Positions 25,457 to 37,800 of a stretch of 64,000 nucleotides of DNA are shown piece by piece. The notes under the pieces are model-generated. The model saw only the letters and a program-made list of their open reading frames with translations. It was not told the DNA's origin and made no database searches. Positions within the stretch are counted from its first letter, which is position 1; each line of letters starts with the position of its first letter. Made by a program: the position numbers and the translations under genes. The stretch lies in the NCBI RefSeq assembly GCF_036321535.1, contig NC_087437.1:64420001-64484000 (forward strand), given 5' to 3'. The DNA is from Camelus dromedarius. Lineage: Eukaryota.

Positions 25457-26345
25457 GTGGTTCTCAAACATTTTGGTCTCGGGATTCTTTTACACTTAAA
25501 AACTATTCGAGTACCTCAATGAGCTTTTGTTGACGTGGGTTATATCTAGTGGTGCTAACCTATGTTAGAAACTAAAACTGGGACATGTCTACTTAAAGAA
25601 AAGCGCTCAGCATGAGAGCAATGAGTTTAAGTTTTATTCGGGGTCTTAGTGAGGACTATAGCCCAGGAGACAACCTCTTAGGAGCTCTGAGATAACTGCT
25701 CCAAAAGAGTAAGGAAGAAGCCAGTGTATATGTGATTTCTGGCTAGGAAATATGTGCAATAAAGCATACATCTTGGTAAAAGATTACTGCTAGTCACAAA
25801 TAACAGATATCTCGAGTTACTGATTTTAGTGCTTTTCTTTGGAAAGATGCAAGAATCTGGGGTTGCTGATATTCTTCCAGAGATATACATCTAACTGTCT
25901 AAGAGGCCTGTTTGTCCAAAGCACAGAGCATCCTGTTATCATCTTAATTTCTTCTCTCTGAAACATTGTAAAATGATTATAAATCAATAAAAAAAAGTTA
26001 AAAAAAATTTTCTCTCTGAGGCAGAGAGTGCTTCATCCTGTTTCATCCAGCTTCATCCTCTGTTTTCTTAATTTCCTCTCAGAATGCAGTGACTGCAGTG
26101 GGTTACAATCTAAGCCTTGTAGAAATGGTTGGTGAGCAACACTCTTTGTTTACAGACATTTAAAAATATGAGAACATAAGCACTTATTCCATTAGCCATC
26201 AGAGCAGTGACATCAACACATGTCATGTACCCTCTGGAAAACTCCACTGTACTCTTGTGAGAGAATAGCATGAAAAAGGCTAATACTGTCATAGTATTAT
26301 TATGAAATAGTTGAGACATCACAGACCCCTGAAAAAGTCTTAGAG
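25457..26345. mobile_element. hAT/Charlie-like DNA transposon fragment interrupted by an LTR
   Basis: Begins agtggttctcaaacattttggtctc... and resumes after the LTR at 26159, ending ...cacagacccctgaaaa. Confidence 0.55.
25586..26154 (-). mobile_element. ERV1-type solo LTR with 4-bp TSD GACA
   Basis: TG...CA termini; GACA at 25582-25585 and 26155-26158; antisense AATAAA (ttttatt ~25632). Confidence 0.8.
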
Positions 26346-26619
26346 AATTTATAAACTAAAGTGTTCCACTGGATTATTGCATCAGGCTATAGTAAGGGTA
26401 GTTTTTAATCTTAAGGTTAAAACTGTGTTTTTTATTTTTGTATTTAATCTTGAGTATTATGTTGTAAATGGTTCTAATTATCTAGCAAGTACATAATTAA
26501 TTTCTAATTAGTGTTAAGTAATAGTTAACATTTACTGGTTGAAATTATCTTCATTTAAAAAATGATACTTGGAAACTATGTTCAGTATACATTTAAAGCT
26601 GGGTTCTCTTACATTGCAG

Positions 26620-26801
26620 TTCCTCAGTTTGAAACCACATGTAGTTATGTAGAAGCAACACTTGAAGAGTTTCTGACCTGGAACTGTGACCAGTCTAGTA
26701 TTTCTGGACCATTTAGAGACTATGATCATTCCAAATTCTGGGCTTATGCTGACTATAAGTATTTTGTCAATCTATTTGAAGACAAGACAGATGTTTTCCA
26801 G
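26620..26801 (+). CDS. HSPBAP1: HSPBAP1 exon 3 (182 nt)
   Basis: Acceptor ttgcAG; VPQFETTCSYVEATLEEFLTWNCDQSSISGPFRDYDHSKFWAYADYKYFVNLFEDKTDVFQ; donor CAG|GTAAGT. Confidence 0.95.
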
Positions 26802-26919
26802 GTAAGTCAATACATTCCTTTTAATCATGGTAATAACTTGTTCTTAAGAAAAGATCACAAATTAGAATCTCCCTAGTACCTTTTTCCTCACTGTCTTTTC
26901 CTCTTAGAAGTAGTCACCA

Positions 26920-26950
<31 letters not shown>

Positions 26951-27879
26951 GGAAGAAAAACTGTAGTCACCCTGAGTCTTGAGTATCCTTTCCACTCAAG
27001 CCCAAAGGTTTACTCCTAGAAAGTGTAATGTTCAGCTCACAAGGATAAGCAGCCTTCTCATTATTTCCCTACTCACCAAACTTCCTACACACTCTCTCCT
27101 TTGCCTTTCAACGGCGCCTGAGCTGATCTGGAGTGTATCAGACACATAGGTTGTGTGTACAGCTTCATTTTCTCCTGACCTAAATCTGAGCTCTTTTTCT
27201 GTCCATGAGGCAGACGGAGGTACAAAGCTGACTTCATGAAAAAGTTCCTAGACTCCTAGAAGCCTTCCCGGCTGCTCCTGCCGCCTCTCCCTGCTCTGGG
27301 GGGTTCAGTACAGGTTTATGCCCCCGGAACAGAGAGTGCTGGGCTCCCAGTATTTGACTGTAGCAGTCCTGCGGGAGTAGGGGGCTGCTTGCGGAACACG
27401 GAAGTTCTTTGCCATGTCTTAACGTAACTGACAGCAGTTTGCAGGCTACCATATCCTCTTTTCAAAGTGTTTCCTACCTCAAACTGCCACTTCATTTTGT
27501 GGGGTGATTTTGCAAACTCCCTGCTCTGGTTTCCATGTGTCTTAGGCATGGGCCGGGAATGGAAGTAGTCCCAGGAAGCCGTTTGAATGGCTCTGCCTTG
27601 CCCACAATCAGGTCAGGGCTGCAGGGTCATTCATCCTGCCTCTGACCCTCTGTGGAGAAAAGCACTTTGCCATTACAGCAGGCCGATCCCCCAACTCCTC
27701 TCCTGCTGGGCACCTCACTGTGGACTTGGCTCTCACACAGGCTGATAGTCATTGGACTCTTGATTCATTTTCTGTTCAGCTTCTATTTTTCTTTTTCACT
27801 TTGAGTCAAGGTTTAGATGCTGGTATTTTCAGAGTTTTCATAATACAGCTGTCCATACTTTGTGACTTTACTTTATTAA

Positions 27880-27968
27880 TTTTTTTTGTTTAATGGAGGT
27901 ACTGGGGTTGAACCCAGGATCTGGTGCGTGCTAAGCATGCATTATACCATTAAGCTATACCTACCCCC
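27880..27968 (-). mobile_element. Vic-1-like SINE (short form)
   Basis: Reverse complement of the Vic-1 head; TSD ctttattaa at 27871-27879 and 27969-27977. Confidence 0.85.
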
Positions 27969-29099
27969 CTTTATTAAAATATTTTTAATGTTTACTTAAA
28001 TTTTTCTTTTTGTTAAAAGAGGAAAAACATCACTTGTCTCATAATTGTTACTTGAAGATATTTTTTTCCCTCACAACCATGAAAGAAATGCTCTGGTTCT
28101 GAAAATATGCAGTAGATGCTTTTTGAATCCAAAGCCTATACCAAATCTACTGTTTATTTATCTTTAAATGATAATTTTGAGGAAATGATAATTTTGAGGG
28201 AATTTTTAAATAATCTTAATTGTGATTACTTTATGGATCTTTAACCCTGAACCTTTTAGATATCATAGTTTACTCATAGAGTATTTTATTATATTTCTCA
28301 TACCCCAACCCACCCTGTAGATTAGACTAGTGCTTTTTTACTCCATGTTTTAGGTGAAACATTGTGAATAGTAATATTTATCAACTACTTATACATGGTG
28401 CTTCTCTAAGTGCTTTACCTTTATAATCCTCGCAATAGCCCTATGACTTAATGATTATCCCTATTTTAAGAAAAATGAGGCACAAAGAGGTTAAGTAAAC
28501 CTTTTCTGAAATTATACAACTAAGAAAAGAGTAACCTAAGCAATCTGCCCCCTAAGCTTTAACAGTGCTAAGCTGTGTGCCTGCAGAGGGTCTGGATACA
28601 TTCTGCTCTGTGAGTACCCCACAGCTAGGATGAAGGACTTCCATCTGTGCTGAATCTGCTCACTCTGCCTTAGATGAATCTCTAACCCAACCCCATCAGT
28701 TGTTCTGTCTCAGCCCAGGGATGACAGCACTGTGCAGACATGTGTCCTATTCATTAAGTGTGGATATAAAAGGCAGCCTTTTGGTAATGTGCAGGAATTC
28801 TAATTGAGCCCTTCTAAAATCTGATATTTTTTGTTGAATGAGTTTTCTGTCAGTTCACATCATGGTGGTTAACTCTCTGGATTAGAACAGACACAGCTGT
28901 TATGAACAACCAAGTTCATTAAGATTATATCATTTTTTATCTCAAAATTGTCTGAGCACCACGTCTTCTTACATCAAGGTACCTAAGTTGTTTTATTTTT
29001 ACCACTATAATTCATTCAGTCGCTGTCTTACTACTTATTGTTTCAAGCTTTCTTCCATCTGTCATAAAATGGTGGGCAGTTAAACATGAAAACTGGTAA

Positions 29100-30895
29100 A
29101 ATTTTTAAATATTTAATATATTAAAAATAAAAGAAACTCATTGTGAACATGACTTTTTGGAAAATAATTATATTCAAAATTTTTTTCAATGTTGTGAGAG
29201 TAGTAACATTGTTTTACATTCTTATCTCTTCAATGTCTGGCTTAATAGAAGACAGCTGGTTTCTTCTATCTGCTTCAATCTGTTGCAATTTGTTGGTTTG
29301 AAGTATATGAAGAACATCTTGCTTCACACAATGTGCAGCTAGCTGAAAAACAGAGGAGCATTTGGCAACCTTTTTAAGTAACTGGATTTTTTTTTATACT
29401 CTACCAAATTTAAGTAGTTTCTACCACCAACAAATAGTCTCTTAAAGGTTTGTTTGTTGCAGTATAGAATCTGAACCTATAATCAATAAACTCTTCATAC
29501 TCTTATGATACAACTCATTGGTTCATTTTGCATGGAATGGACCTTTCAGAATGACTTTCATTGGCCATTTGGAAAAATATTGGTTTACTAAGTTACATAA
29601 ATCTTCCAAATGTTGACACATTTTTGTATACTTCATTTTTTTAAAAAGTGACAATTGTTAGTATCATTATCATTCTCATCAGCAAGGTCTTTTAAGTTTT
29701 AGGAAGCTTTCAAGCTCATGTGTTTCAAGATACAAATTTCCAAGATTATTTTTATTCTGTTCAGAATATTTTCTAATTTCCCTTGTGATTTGTTCTTTGA
29801 CTTATGGATTATTTACAAGTGTAATGTTTAGTTTGTAAATACTGGGGGATTTTCCAGCTATCTTTCTGTTACTGATTTCTAATTTAATTCTCTTGTGGTT
29901 GAAGAACATACTTTGTATGATTTTTGTCCTTTTAAATTTATTGTTTTATGGCCCGGAATATAGTCAAGCTTGATAAATCTCTCAGGTACCTTTGAAAATA
30001 ATGTGTATTCTGTTGTTGCTGTATTTTATGTCACTTAAGTCAAGCTGATTGTTCGTCTCCTGTATCCTACTGATTTTCTGTACACTTGTTCTATCCATTA
30101 TATAGAGATAGGTATTGAAATTTCTCAACTATAATTGTATGTTTGATTCTTTTGCACTTTAGGTTGGTCAGTTTTTGTTTTGTGTATTTTGAAACTAGTA
30201 ACAGTTTGGGTTCATGTACATTTAGGATCATCATGTCCTCCTAATGGATTGACATTTTATCAAGATGAGATGATCCCTTCTTTCCTGAATTCTTCCTTGT
30301 TCTGGTGTCTGCTTTGTCTGAAGTTCACTTAGTTTAGTTTATCTTTGGTTAGTGTTAGCCTGAAAAAGGAGTACTTGCTATTTGATTACACTTACATAAA
30401 ATTGTAGAACTTGCAAACAAATTTGTAGTGACAGAAAATAGATTGGTGGTTGTCTGAGAATGAGGAGGGTAGAGGGAGGTTACAAAGGGTCATGGGGAAA
30501 CTTTTGGACATGATCAAAATGTTTGTCATCTTGATCATAGTGATGGGTTCTCAGATGTGTACATATGTAAAAATTCATCAAATTGTACACTTTAAATATA
30601 TGGTGTTTATTGTACATCAGTTATACCTCAATAAAGTTGTTTTGGGTTTGTTTTTTTTTTTGAAGAATGCAGTGCTACTAGTGTGCTTTGGTTCCACAGC
30701 TTGACACCAGCAGTTTTACTCACTGTTGTTTTGTGCTATCAATGAAAATGTCAGCACAGTGACAACGCAGTGACAACACAGTGAAATAGGAAAATAACAT
30801 CTTAGTAGTATTATGAAAATAATTTCAACCTCACAGATCCTCTGAAAGGGTCTCAGGGACCCCCCACAGGGTCTATGGACCACTTTGAGAGCCTC
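29100..30895. mobile_element. Charlie1-like hAT remnant interrupted by L1 pieces (29740-30360 minus; 30360-30640 plus)
   Basis: hAT-like tttaatgtctggcttaatagaagacagctgg and end ...gggtctatggaccactttgagagcc; L1 3' tail tacctcaataaag ~30630. Confidence 0.55.
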
Positions 30896-31689
30896 TTGTC
30901 TACATCATCACCACTGAAATTACTCTCTATTCCTCTAGTTCTGACTCCTCTAATTCTAAAACAGCTTTTTTCATGAAAATACATTTCAAGTCACGCCCCA
31001 GGTTAAATGTTGAAATATGTTGCTTGTATTCACAAGCATTTCATGACTAAATCGTATAAGAATAGCAGTTAAAACTCACCCCAGCATGACTGACAGCCGG
31101 TCTCCTCCACGTGAGTCGCGGTCTCCTCCCCTCGTCGAGCGCTGGGCCGCCGCGCTTTCTTGTGCTCCGGCTGTGCTCGTGCTCTTCTCAGCGTCTGCCT
31201 GTTAAGATTCTGCTTCTTGGGGCCCAGCTCAGGCCCGTGCTTGGCCGTGAAGCCTTCACAGCCACTGGTGCACATATCCATCCATCCCTTGCCTTCATTC
31301 CTGTGTGTTTCATTTGGATCGTTATTTAGATGATGCACGATGTAGAATGCTAGTGTTTTGTTTCTCTGACAACATTGTGAGCTCTTTGGGAACAGAGACT
31401 GTGTTTTATAATTTTTGTTCCCCCAAACTGCTAACATAGTGCTGAACACGTAACGAGTATTTGAATGATTGCATAAGTGTATTTTTCCCCTAGTCTTACG
31501 ACTTCTTGTTTTGCTATTTCTTTGGTCTTTAGGGCCCTTCAGACAGTGTTTTAACTTAAACCCCAACTTCACCTTTGTCAGAGTTTCTGTGGCTTCTAGT
31601 TGATCAGTCGTAGCATTTGTCAGTCTTGATAAATTCTTAGCTTTCTTCAGCCTTCTACTAGTTTTCTAAGTTTTTACTTAAAAATTTCT

Positions 31690-31807
31690 TTTTTTTTTTT
31701 TTGATAAAGTTTACTTATTTATTTTTTTGATGGCAGTGCTGGGGATTGAAACCGAGGACCTCGTGCATGCTAGGCATGCACCCTGCCACTGAGCTATACC
31801 CTCCCCC
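31690..31807 (-). mobile_element. Vic-1-like SINE
   Basis: ...ggggattgaaaccgaggacctcgtgcatgctaggcatgcaccctgccactgagctataccctccccc; TSD tacttaaaa(a)tttct on both sides. Confidence 0.85.
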
Positions 31808-32202
31808 TACTTAAAATTTCTATCTACCAAAAAATTTTTTAAAAATACTTCTATCTACCAACTCTTTTCTTCCACAAATTTAATTCATTCAGTGGATAAA
31901 TATATAATATGTATATATACTGACAAATACACTGGTAAATATATTGGTATGATTGGGAAATATCTAGCTGTAAAGGTGGCCAAAAATTATGATTTTGACA
32001 CTTAACTGACTTTCATGGATGGCAAACAAGATAGTCTCATCATTTTTTTGGCTATACATCATATTGTTGACTGATCTGAGTAAAGCATATATTTGGGACA
32101 TTTCGTTCTCTACCTTGCAATTTGTTCCAGTACCATACAATTGCTTGATCTCTGACTCGTTTGGTAAGAATCACAGGTGCTACCTTTTATAATCATCAGT
32201 AT

Positions 32203-32639
32203 TGTTATCGAGTGCAGGCTTGTTCTGCTCACCGCATAACAGGCCAGTAAATCGGAAGATGAGGTGTTGGGGCAAGGAATAGTGACTTTATTCAGAAAGC
32301 TGGCAGACCGAGAAGATGGCAGACTAATGTCTTAGTGAACTGTCTTCCCCCAATCAGAATACAGGCTCCTTTTATACAAAAAAGGGGAGGGGGTGTGGTT
32401 GGTTGTTGCAAACTTCTTGGTGTAGGAATTCTTTGTTCCTGTAGCTGTCCAGGTGGGCCAGCTCATGGTGCTGCTACAAAACCTCCAACAAAACAAATGT
32501 TATTCTCTATTCTGCAACTTGTTATCTTTACATGAGTGCAGAGCTAGCAGGACATAAGCCTAGAAAACAAGGCACAGTGGTTAAAGCTAAAGGAACAGAT
32601 CTAATACAGATAGAGTCAGATTTGTTCTTTTCCATTACA
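32203..32639 (-). mobile_element. ERV1-type solo LTR with 4-bp TSD GTAT
   Basis: TG...CA termini; GTAT at 32199-32202 and 32640-32643; antisense AATAAA (tttatt ~32287) and TATA-like (tttata ~32371). Confidence 0.8.
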
Positions 32640-35379
32640 GTATCACTGTAATTGAGGCTATTAAGAATCAACATATAGCAGAAGGGATTTGCCCCAGAAC
32701 ATTTTCCAGGTAGATGCTATTTTCTGTTGTGATTCAGATTGACTACTGAGAGTCGGCAGGCTTGTTAAGTCACCAGGACACAGAACTCCAAAATGCAGCA
32801 CATGCAAGTTGAGTTCCAGCCTGTCTTGGGCTCTATAGCATAGTTATGAGAGTATGTTGAAATTGAGCCGGGTGGTTTAGTAATGTTTAAGGGGGTTTGA
32901 TGGCCAGTGATGCTTTCTGATGAGGCAGAATGAACTGTAAGAACTTGGGTATTTATCCAAGCCTATCTGGGGTTAGAGTTAACTACCTCTTTTCTGTTTA
33001 TGTTATCTAAGTTAATTTCCCCAAGGGAAAAAGAACCTTAAATACTTGCTAATTTATAATGTTCATTTAATCAGCTGTTTGAGATTTAAATTGATGTATT
33101 TATCCTTTTTAAGTTTTACATGGTAGTTATAATTATATTGTTTTAAAGTTCTATTTCTGTTTTTTTTTTCTTCATTCAGCTGTAAGTTCATTACAGAATT
33201 ATGTCTATGCAGTTTTCCTATATTTGTGATCTAGACATGGAGAATAAATAGAATGAGACAGCTTTTAATATGACACATAGACTCAAATTAACCATGACCA
33301 CAAGTCACCCAAACAGCATGCCTGGGTGAAAAAACAAATAGTTTTGAATTGGGGTGTTCTCAGAGCCTAGAGCTTACCCTAACTCATACTGAATCTGGCC
33401 CCTAAGAACACTCCAACTCAAAATACATCATCTTTTAGAACTAAACAATTGAAGAATGAATTATTTTTTTGGTAATTGGTTTACACGGTGGACTTAAGCC
33501 ACTATTCTATATTATTAACATTTTACCAATTTTTCTTTAGTTGTTAAAACTGTTAAATTGTGGAAGATTGAGTTACTTGCATAGGACTGTTAAAACAGTG
33601 CTTAATTCTGCAACCATTATTTATCTTGTTAATTGGAACAGGTTTAGGAGCTACTCAGGTTTGGCATAAAATTAGATCTAGTTACCTAGATCAGTAACTC
33701 AGCAATTTTTGACCATTTATTGCGCTGTGTTAGGTCCCGGGATGCCAGCATGAATAAAACACTTGGCTTCCGTGGGACTGTAAAGTTGAATGTAGAACCA
33801 AGCTTTAAGATAGAAGAATATAAAATGTGCTCTTAGAGTTTAGTACTTCTTCTGACATTATGTTATCATTTAAATGATTGTAAAAGTTTTAGAATATTAT
33901 GGATAATCAAGAACATTGTAGCATATACATTTTCTTGAAGTTTTTAAATTACAGCCAGATTTTTAGATTCTTTTATTTAAAATGTTGGAGATATTTTTAA
34001 TTAAGCAATTAAAAAACACTGATTCTCATTGATGTTATGTGTACCTAAAGGATTCTATTTTCAACATATTGGGATAACAGAAGGTAGATCAGTGGTTTCT
34101 TGGGGCTGAGGGTAGAGGCAGGCTGACTGCACAGGAATAAGAGGGACTTTTGCGGGTAGTAGAGAAGTATTCTATATCTTGATCATGGTGGTGATTACAA
34201 CAGTATATACATTTGTCTTGTTGAACTGTAATCTAAAATGGGTGCATTTTATTGTATATAAATTTTACCTCAATAAAGTTAATTTTAAAAGGAAGCTCGA
34301 CAGTAGAAAAAAATAATCATTTCTAAATATTTCTTTATGTTGGCATTTAAGCCGTATCTCCCGAACTAACTCTTATCTTCACAAGTGGCACAAAGTGCTT
34401 TGTCATCCTTTGTGTCCTGGTTTTTTATTTGGGAAATGTGATCACTCTGTGTACAAAAGCAATAAAACCATTGTTATTTATAAGTTGTATATTATGTTCA
34501 GGACACCATGACAAGGCAGGGCCATCCAAGGGAAAGAGGAAAATAAAGTGCCCGTCCTAGTTTTGTGTTATAAACCAAGTTCATTTTCATTGGCCAGCCA
34601 GTTTTCAACTATGAGTACCTGATGAATTTTGCTTATAATACTCATTCTTTACAGAAGCTGTGCCATATTTCATTTTATCTTGAAACACTGCAATGTGTTG
34701 TTTCCATCCCATTTTTCTTAGATTTCTTTAAACTGCAAATAAACTTCACAGAATCTGTTGGGGAAGAGGCTAGGAATCAGGGCTGATAGGAAATGGTTAG
34801 GGTTGGATGCAGAGGAGGATGAAAAAGCAGGACTGAATTCCTGGTTCATTCCTTTGAGTACTAGGGTAAGATGTGATACTAGTTTCTTCTAGAATTACCC
34901 CAGCCACTAGAGTATCTAATGGACTACTAAATCAGAATATTGCAGCCCTCTATTAACACTTCAATAATAACCATGGCCTTATTCTTTAATTAAAGTGTTG
35001 ATTATCCAGACCTTTTGGCTCTGTTACTCTTCTGCTGTCTTTTATCACTTTCATTGCTTGTGTTCTATACATTTTATCTGTATATTAGTTGCTTGGACTC
35101 AGACCATTTTTTTTTCCTGGAGAAACTGCAGATCTTGGTGGTTAGTTGTCCAGGCCAGTCTGGAGAAGCCTACTAAATTTATAATATACTCAAAGAATTA
35201 TACCATGGAACTCTCCCTACTGCTACCCCAAAGTGTCTTACGGCATATTTCTTTGGGAATACGTTTCCCTGGTGTAGGGTTTAGGACCAGCTTAGCTGCA
35301 AACCTGAGATAAGTGCTCTAACAGAATAAGATTATTGGGAAGAGACAGGATTCCATGGATTACCCTCCTAGATCAGTTT

Positions 35380-35830
35380 GGGTCAGGCTTAGTTGCTTAT
35401 AACAAATTCCAGAATAGAAGTTGCCTAACTAGACACATAATGGTGACTTTTTTCCTGACATCAGGCAAGTTTGGAGGTACGCTAGCCAGGGCTGGAATGG
35501 AGGCTTTGTCACACCAAAGAACCCAGCTTCTACCTGTCTTTCTGCTCTGTCTTTAGCATATGGCTTCCATCTTCAAAGCCATCTTGTGTTCCAGGAGAGC
35601 CATCACATTTATTTCAGAAAGGGGGAAGGAAGGACAAAAGTGGACTCCCAGCTCTCTGCCTCTCTTTTAAGGAATTCTCCCCAGAAGTCCCACTCAACAA
35701 CTTCTGCTTAATGGTTAGAATTTAGTCTCATAGCCCCACTTAACTGCATGAGAGGCTGGAAAATGGTCTTCCCTCCTCGCTGGGCACACTATCTCCTTGA
35801 GTAAAATTAAGAATGAGATATTAAGAAAGA
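35380..35830. mobile_element. MLT1-type (ERVL-MaLR) LTR remnant; a similar fragment lies at ~14700-14940
   Basis: ccagaagtcccactcaacaacttctgcttaatggttagaatttagtctcatagccccacttaactgcatgagaggctggaaaatg. Confidence 0.55.
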
Positions 35831-37224
35831 TAAGCAGTTTCTGCCACACCCTGCACATGAAAAGACATGAAAAATTGAAGCAGTTTTACAATTTAAAAGG
35901 AAAGTACAGTTATTCCAGGATCTCTGCATGCAGCAAGTATAGGGGCTGGAGAGAACTGTAGCATTAAAGGGAAGGTTCCAAGGATGAGTATGTACCGCCA
36001 TCCTTAGTGCATGGCTAAGAATGCCCTTGCCAGCAGGGGAGGGAGGCTTTTGACCTTAGAGAGAAGAGCAGTTCTTAGGCAGCCATAGGTCTGGCAATTT
36101 CAAGGGGAAGCCCTATGGCCAGATGCCTGGGGCAGGATGATGGACAGTCATTTTATTTCCTGGTTGATAGATTGGCAATCTGCTGTACTTCTCATTGAAG
36201 CAGAGGAAGGGAAAAAACAAAGCTCAGATCTCCTATTAAGTACTGATGCATCATTCCTTGTTGAAGGATCAAGAGAAGGACAAAAGCCAAATGCTACCAC
36301 TTTTGACCTCTTAATTTATTGTACATTTGTGTGATCATGATAGAAATTGTCTTCTGGCATTTGGGGGGTTGATTTATTTATTTATGCTGTTATTTCAGGT
36401 TGATGTCTTCAACTAGATTGTAAAGTTCTTGATAATAGAGATGTTTATGTCTTGTACTTTTTGAGTCTCCCTCCTTTGTTAGCATATCACAATTATCAAA
36501 CCAGTATTTCCTGATTCAAGTAGATGTGGCATGGCAGTGGTTCTCAGCTCTCTCTGAGCTACATTCCCTGCATTCTGACATACAGTGTGTAGATGACATA
36601 ATTACCTACTTACGTAATTTTTAGAAATTGTTAAAAGTGCCTCACCTATAATATAAAGGAGAATTTTAAAGGAAGTAATTTATAATAAACAGCATGTTTT
36701 GTTGTGTTAACACTCAGTGATTACACTAAAAAATATAACGAAGTAGTCAAACCCAGGTATGTGGTTAAGTGGACCTCCAAAATCAGTATGTCCTCATTTT
36801 GAATGGATATTCCATTTAGTCCAGAAACCAGGGCCAACCCCGATGCACACTGCGGTCTGGGACGCTCCTCTTCTGATGTTGCAGACCCTGAGGGAGCTCG
36901 CTGAGTTCTCTGTGAGGCTGTCCCAGGTGGCTGTTGTCAGCCGCTGTGTGCTAGGAGAATTGTTTAGACTTGGGCATTATTGGCCTAGGATAACTGAGGA
37001 ATCCCAGGACCATACCCACCAGACCTATATTTGCCCAAGAAAAAAATTCCTGAGGCGAAATTCCCAAAGCAATAAAAAATGAAGTGCCAAAGTTGAGGGT
37101 AGATAAGTGTGCAAACTAGATTCAAGCTTTGTGGTGTGCGCCATCCTCTGCCAGTGGTGGGAGTTAGCAAGGTGAATATGTGTTCAAGAGATAGAAAATA
37201 ACTGTAAAATGTGGGTGATTATTT

Positions 37225-37800
37225 ATTCATTCCACAAACACCTGTTTTTCAGGTACTCTGCTAGGGCTAGAGAGTCAGACAGCCCTGGTCACCTCTCCTC
37301 AGGGGGCTCACAATCTAGTGGAGAAGTCAGACAAGGGAGTCTAACAAGTACTGGCCAGCTGTCATAAGTGTTAGGAAGTCAACAAAAATGGGCCGAAGTA
37401 AATAGTAACAGGAGAGGGACTGTCTTAGGGTAAGTTGGGAAGACTCCTCTGAGGTGGTATTTAAGCTGATTCCTAAACACTGAGAAGCTAGCCAGGTGAA
37501 GGGAAGGTCAGAAGCTTTCTAAGCAGAGCAAATACCATGTGCAAAGCCCTTGAGGAAGGGAAAAGTTTGTCTTTTTGGAAAAAAAGAAAGAAGGCCATTG
37601 TGATTGAAGCCTGGCCAGTGAGATGGAAAGAGTTGGAGGTGTCAGAGAGGTGAGGGGTCTGGTCATGCAGGCACCTGATAGAGGACTTTTGGATCTGATT
37701 CTGAGTGCAGAGCAAGGAGGGGACAGGACTTGATATTTTATGATCACTCTCACTGCTGTGAGAAGAATGGGTCAGACAGGCAAAGAATCAAAGCTCTTTG
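37225..37800 (-). mobile_element. LINE-2 remnant
   Basis: Starts ttcattccacaaacacc...; ggctcacaatctagtggagaagtcagac; catgtgcaaagcccttgagg. Confidence 0.6.

Noticed and set aside
28166..28199. 17-bp tandem duplication (aaatgataattttgagg twice); also a short duplication inside the LTR at 22500-22549
   Set aside because: Ordinary slippage events with no array structure.
31069..31572. 167-aa minus-strand ORF
   Set aside because: Non-ATG start, overlaps an L2 remnant, and shows no homology or splice support that I can see.
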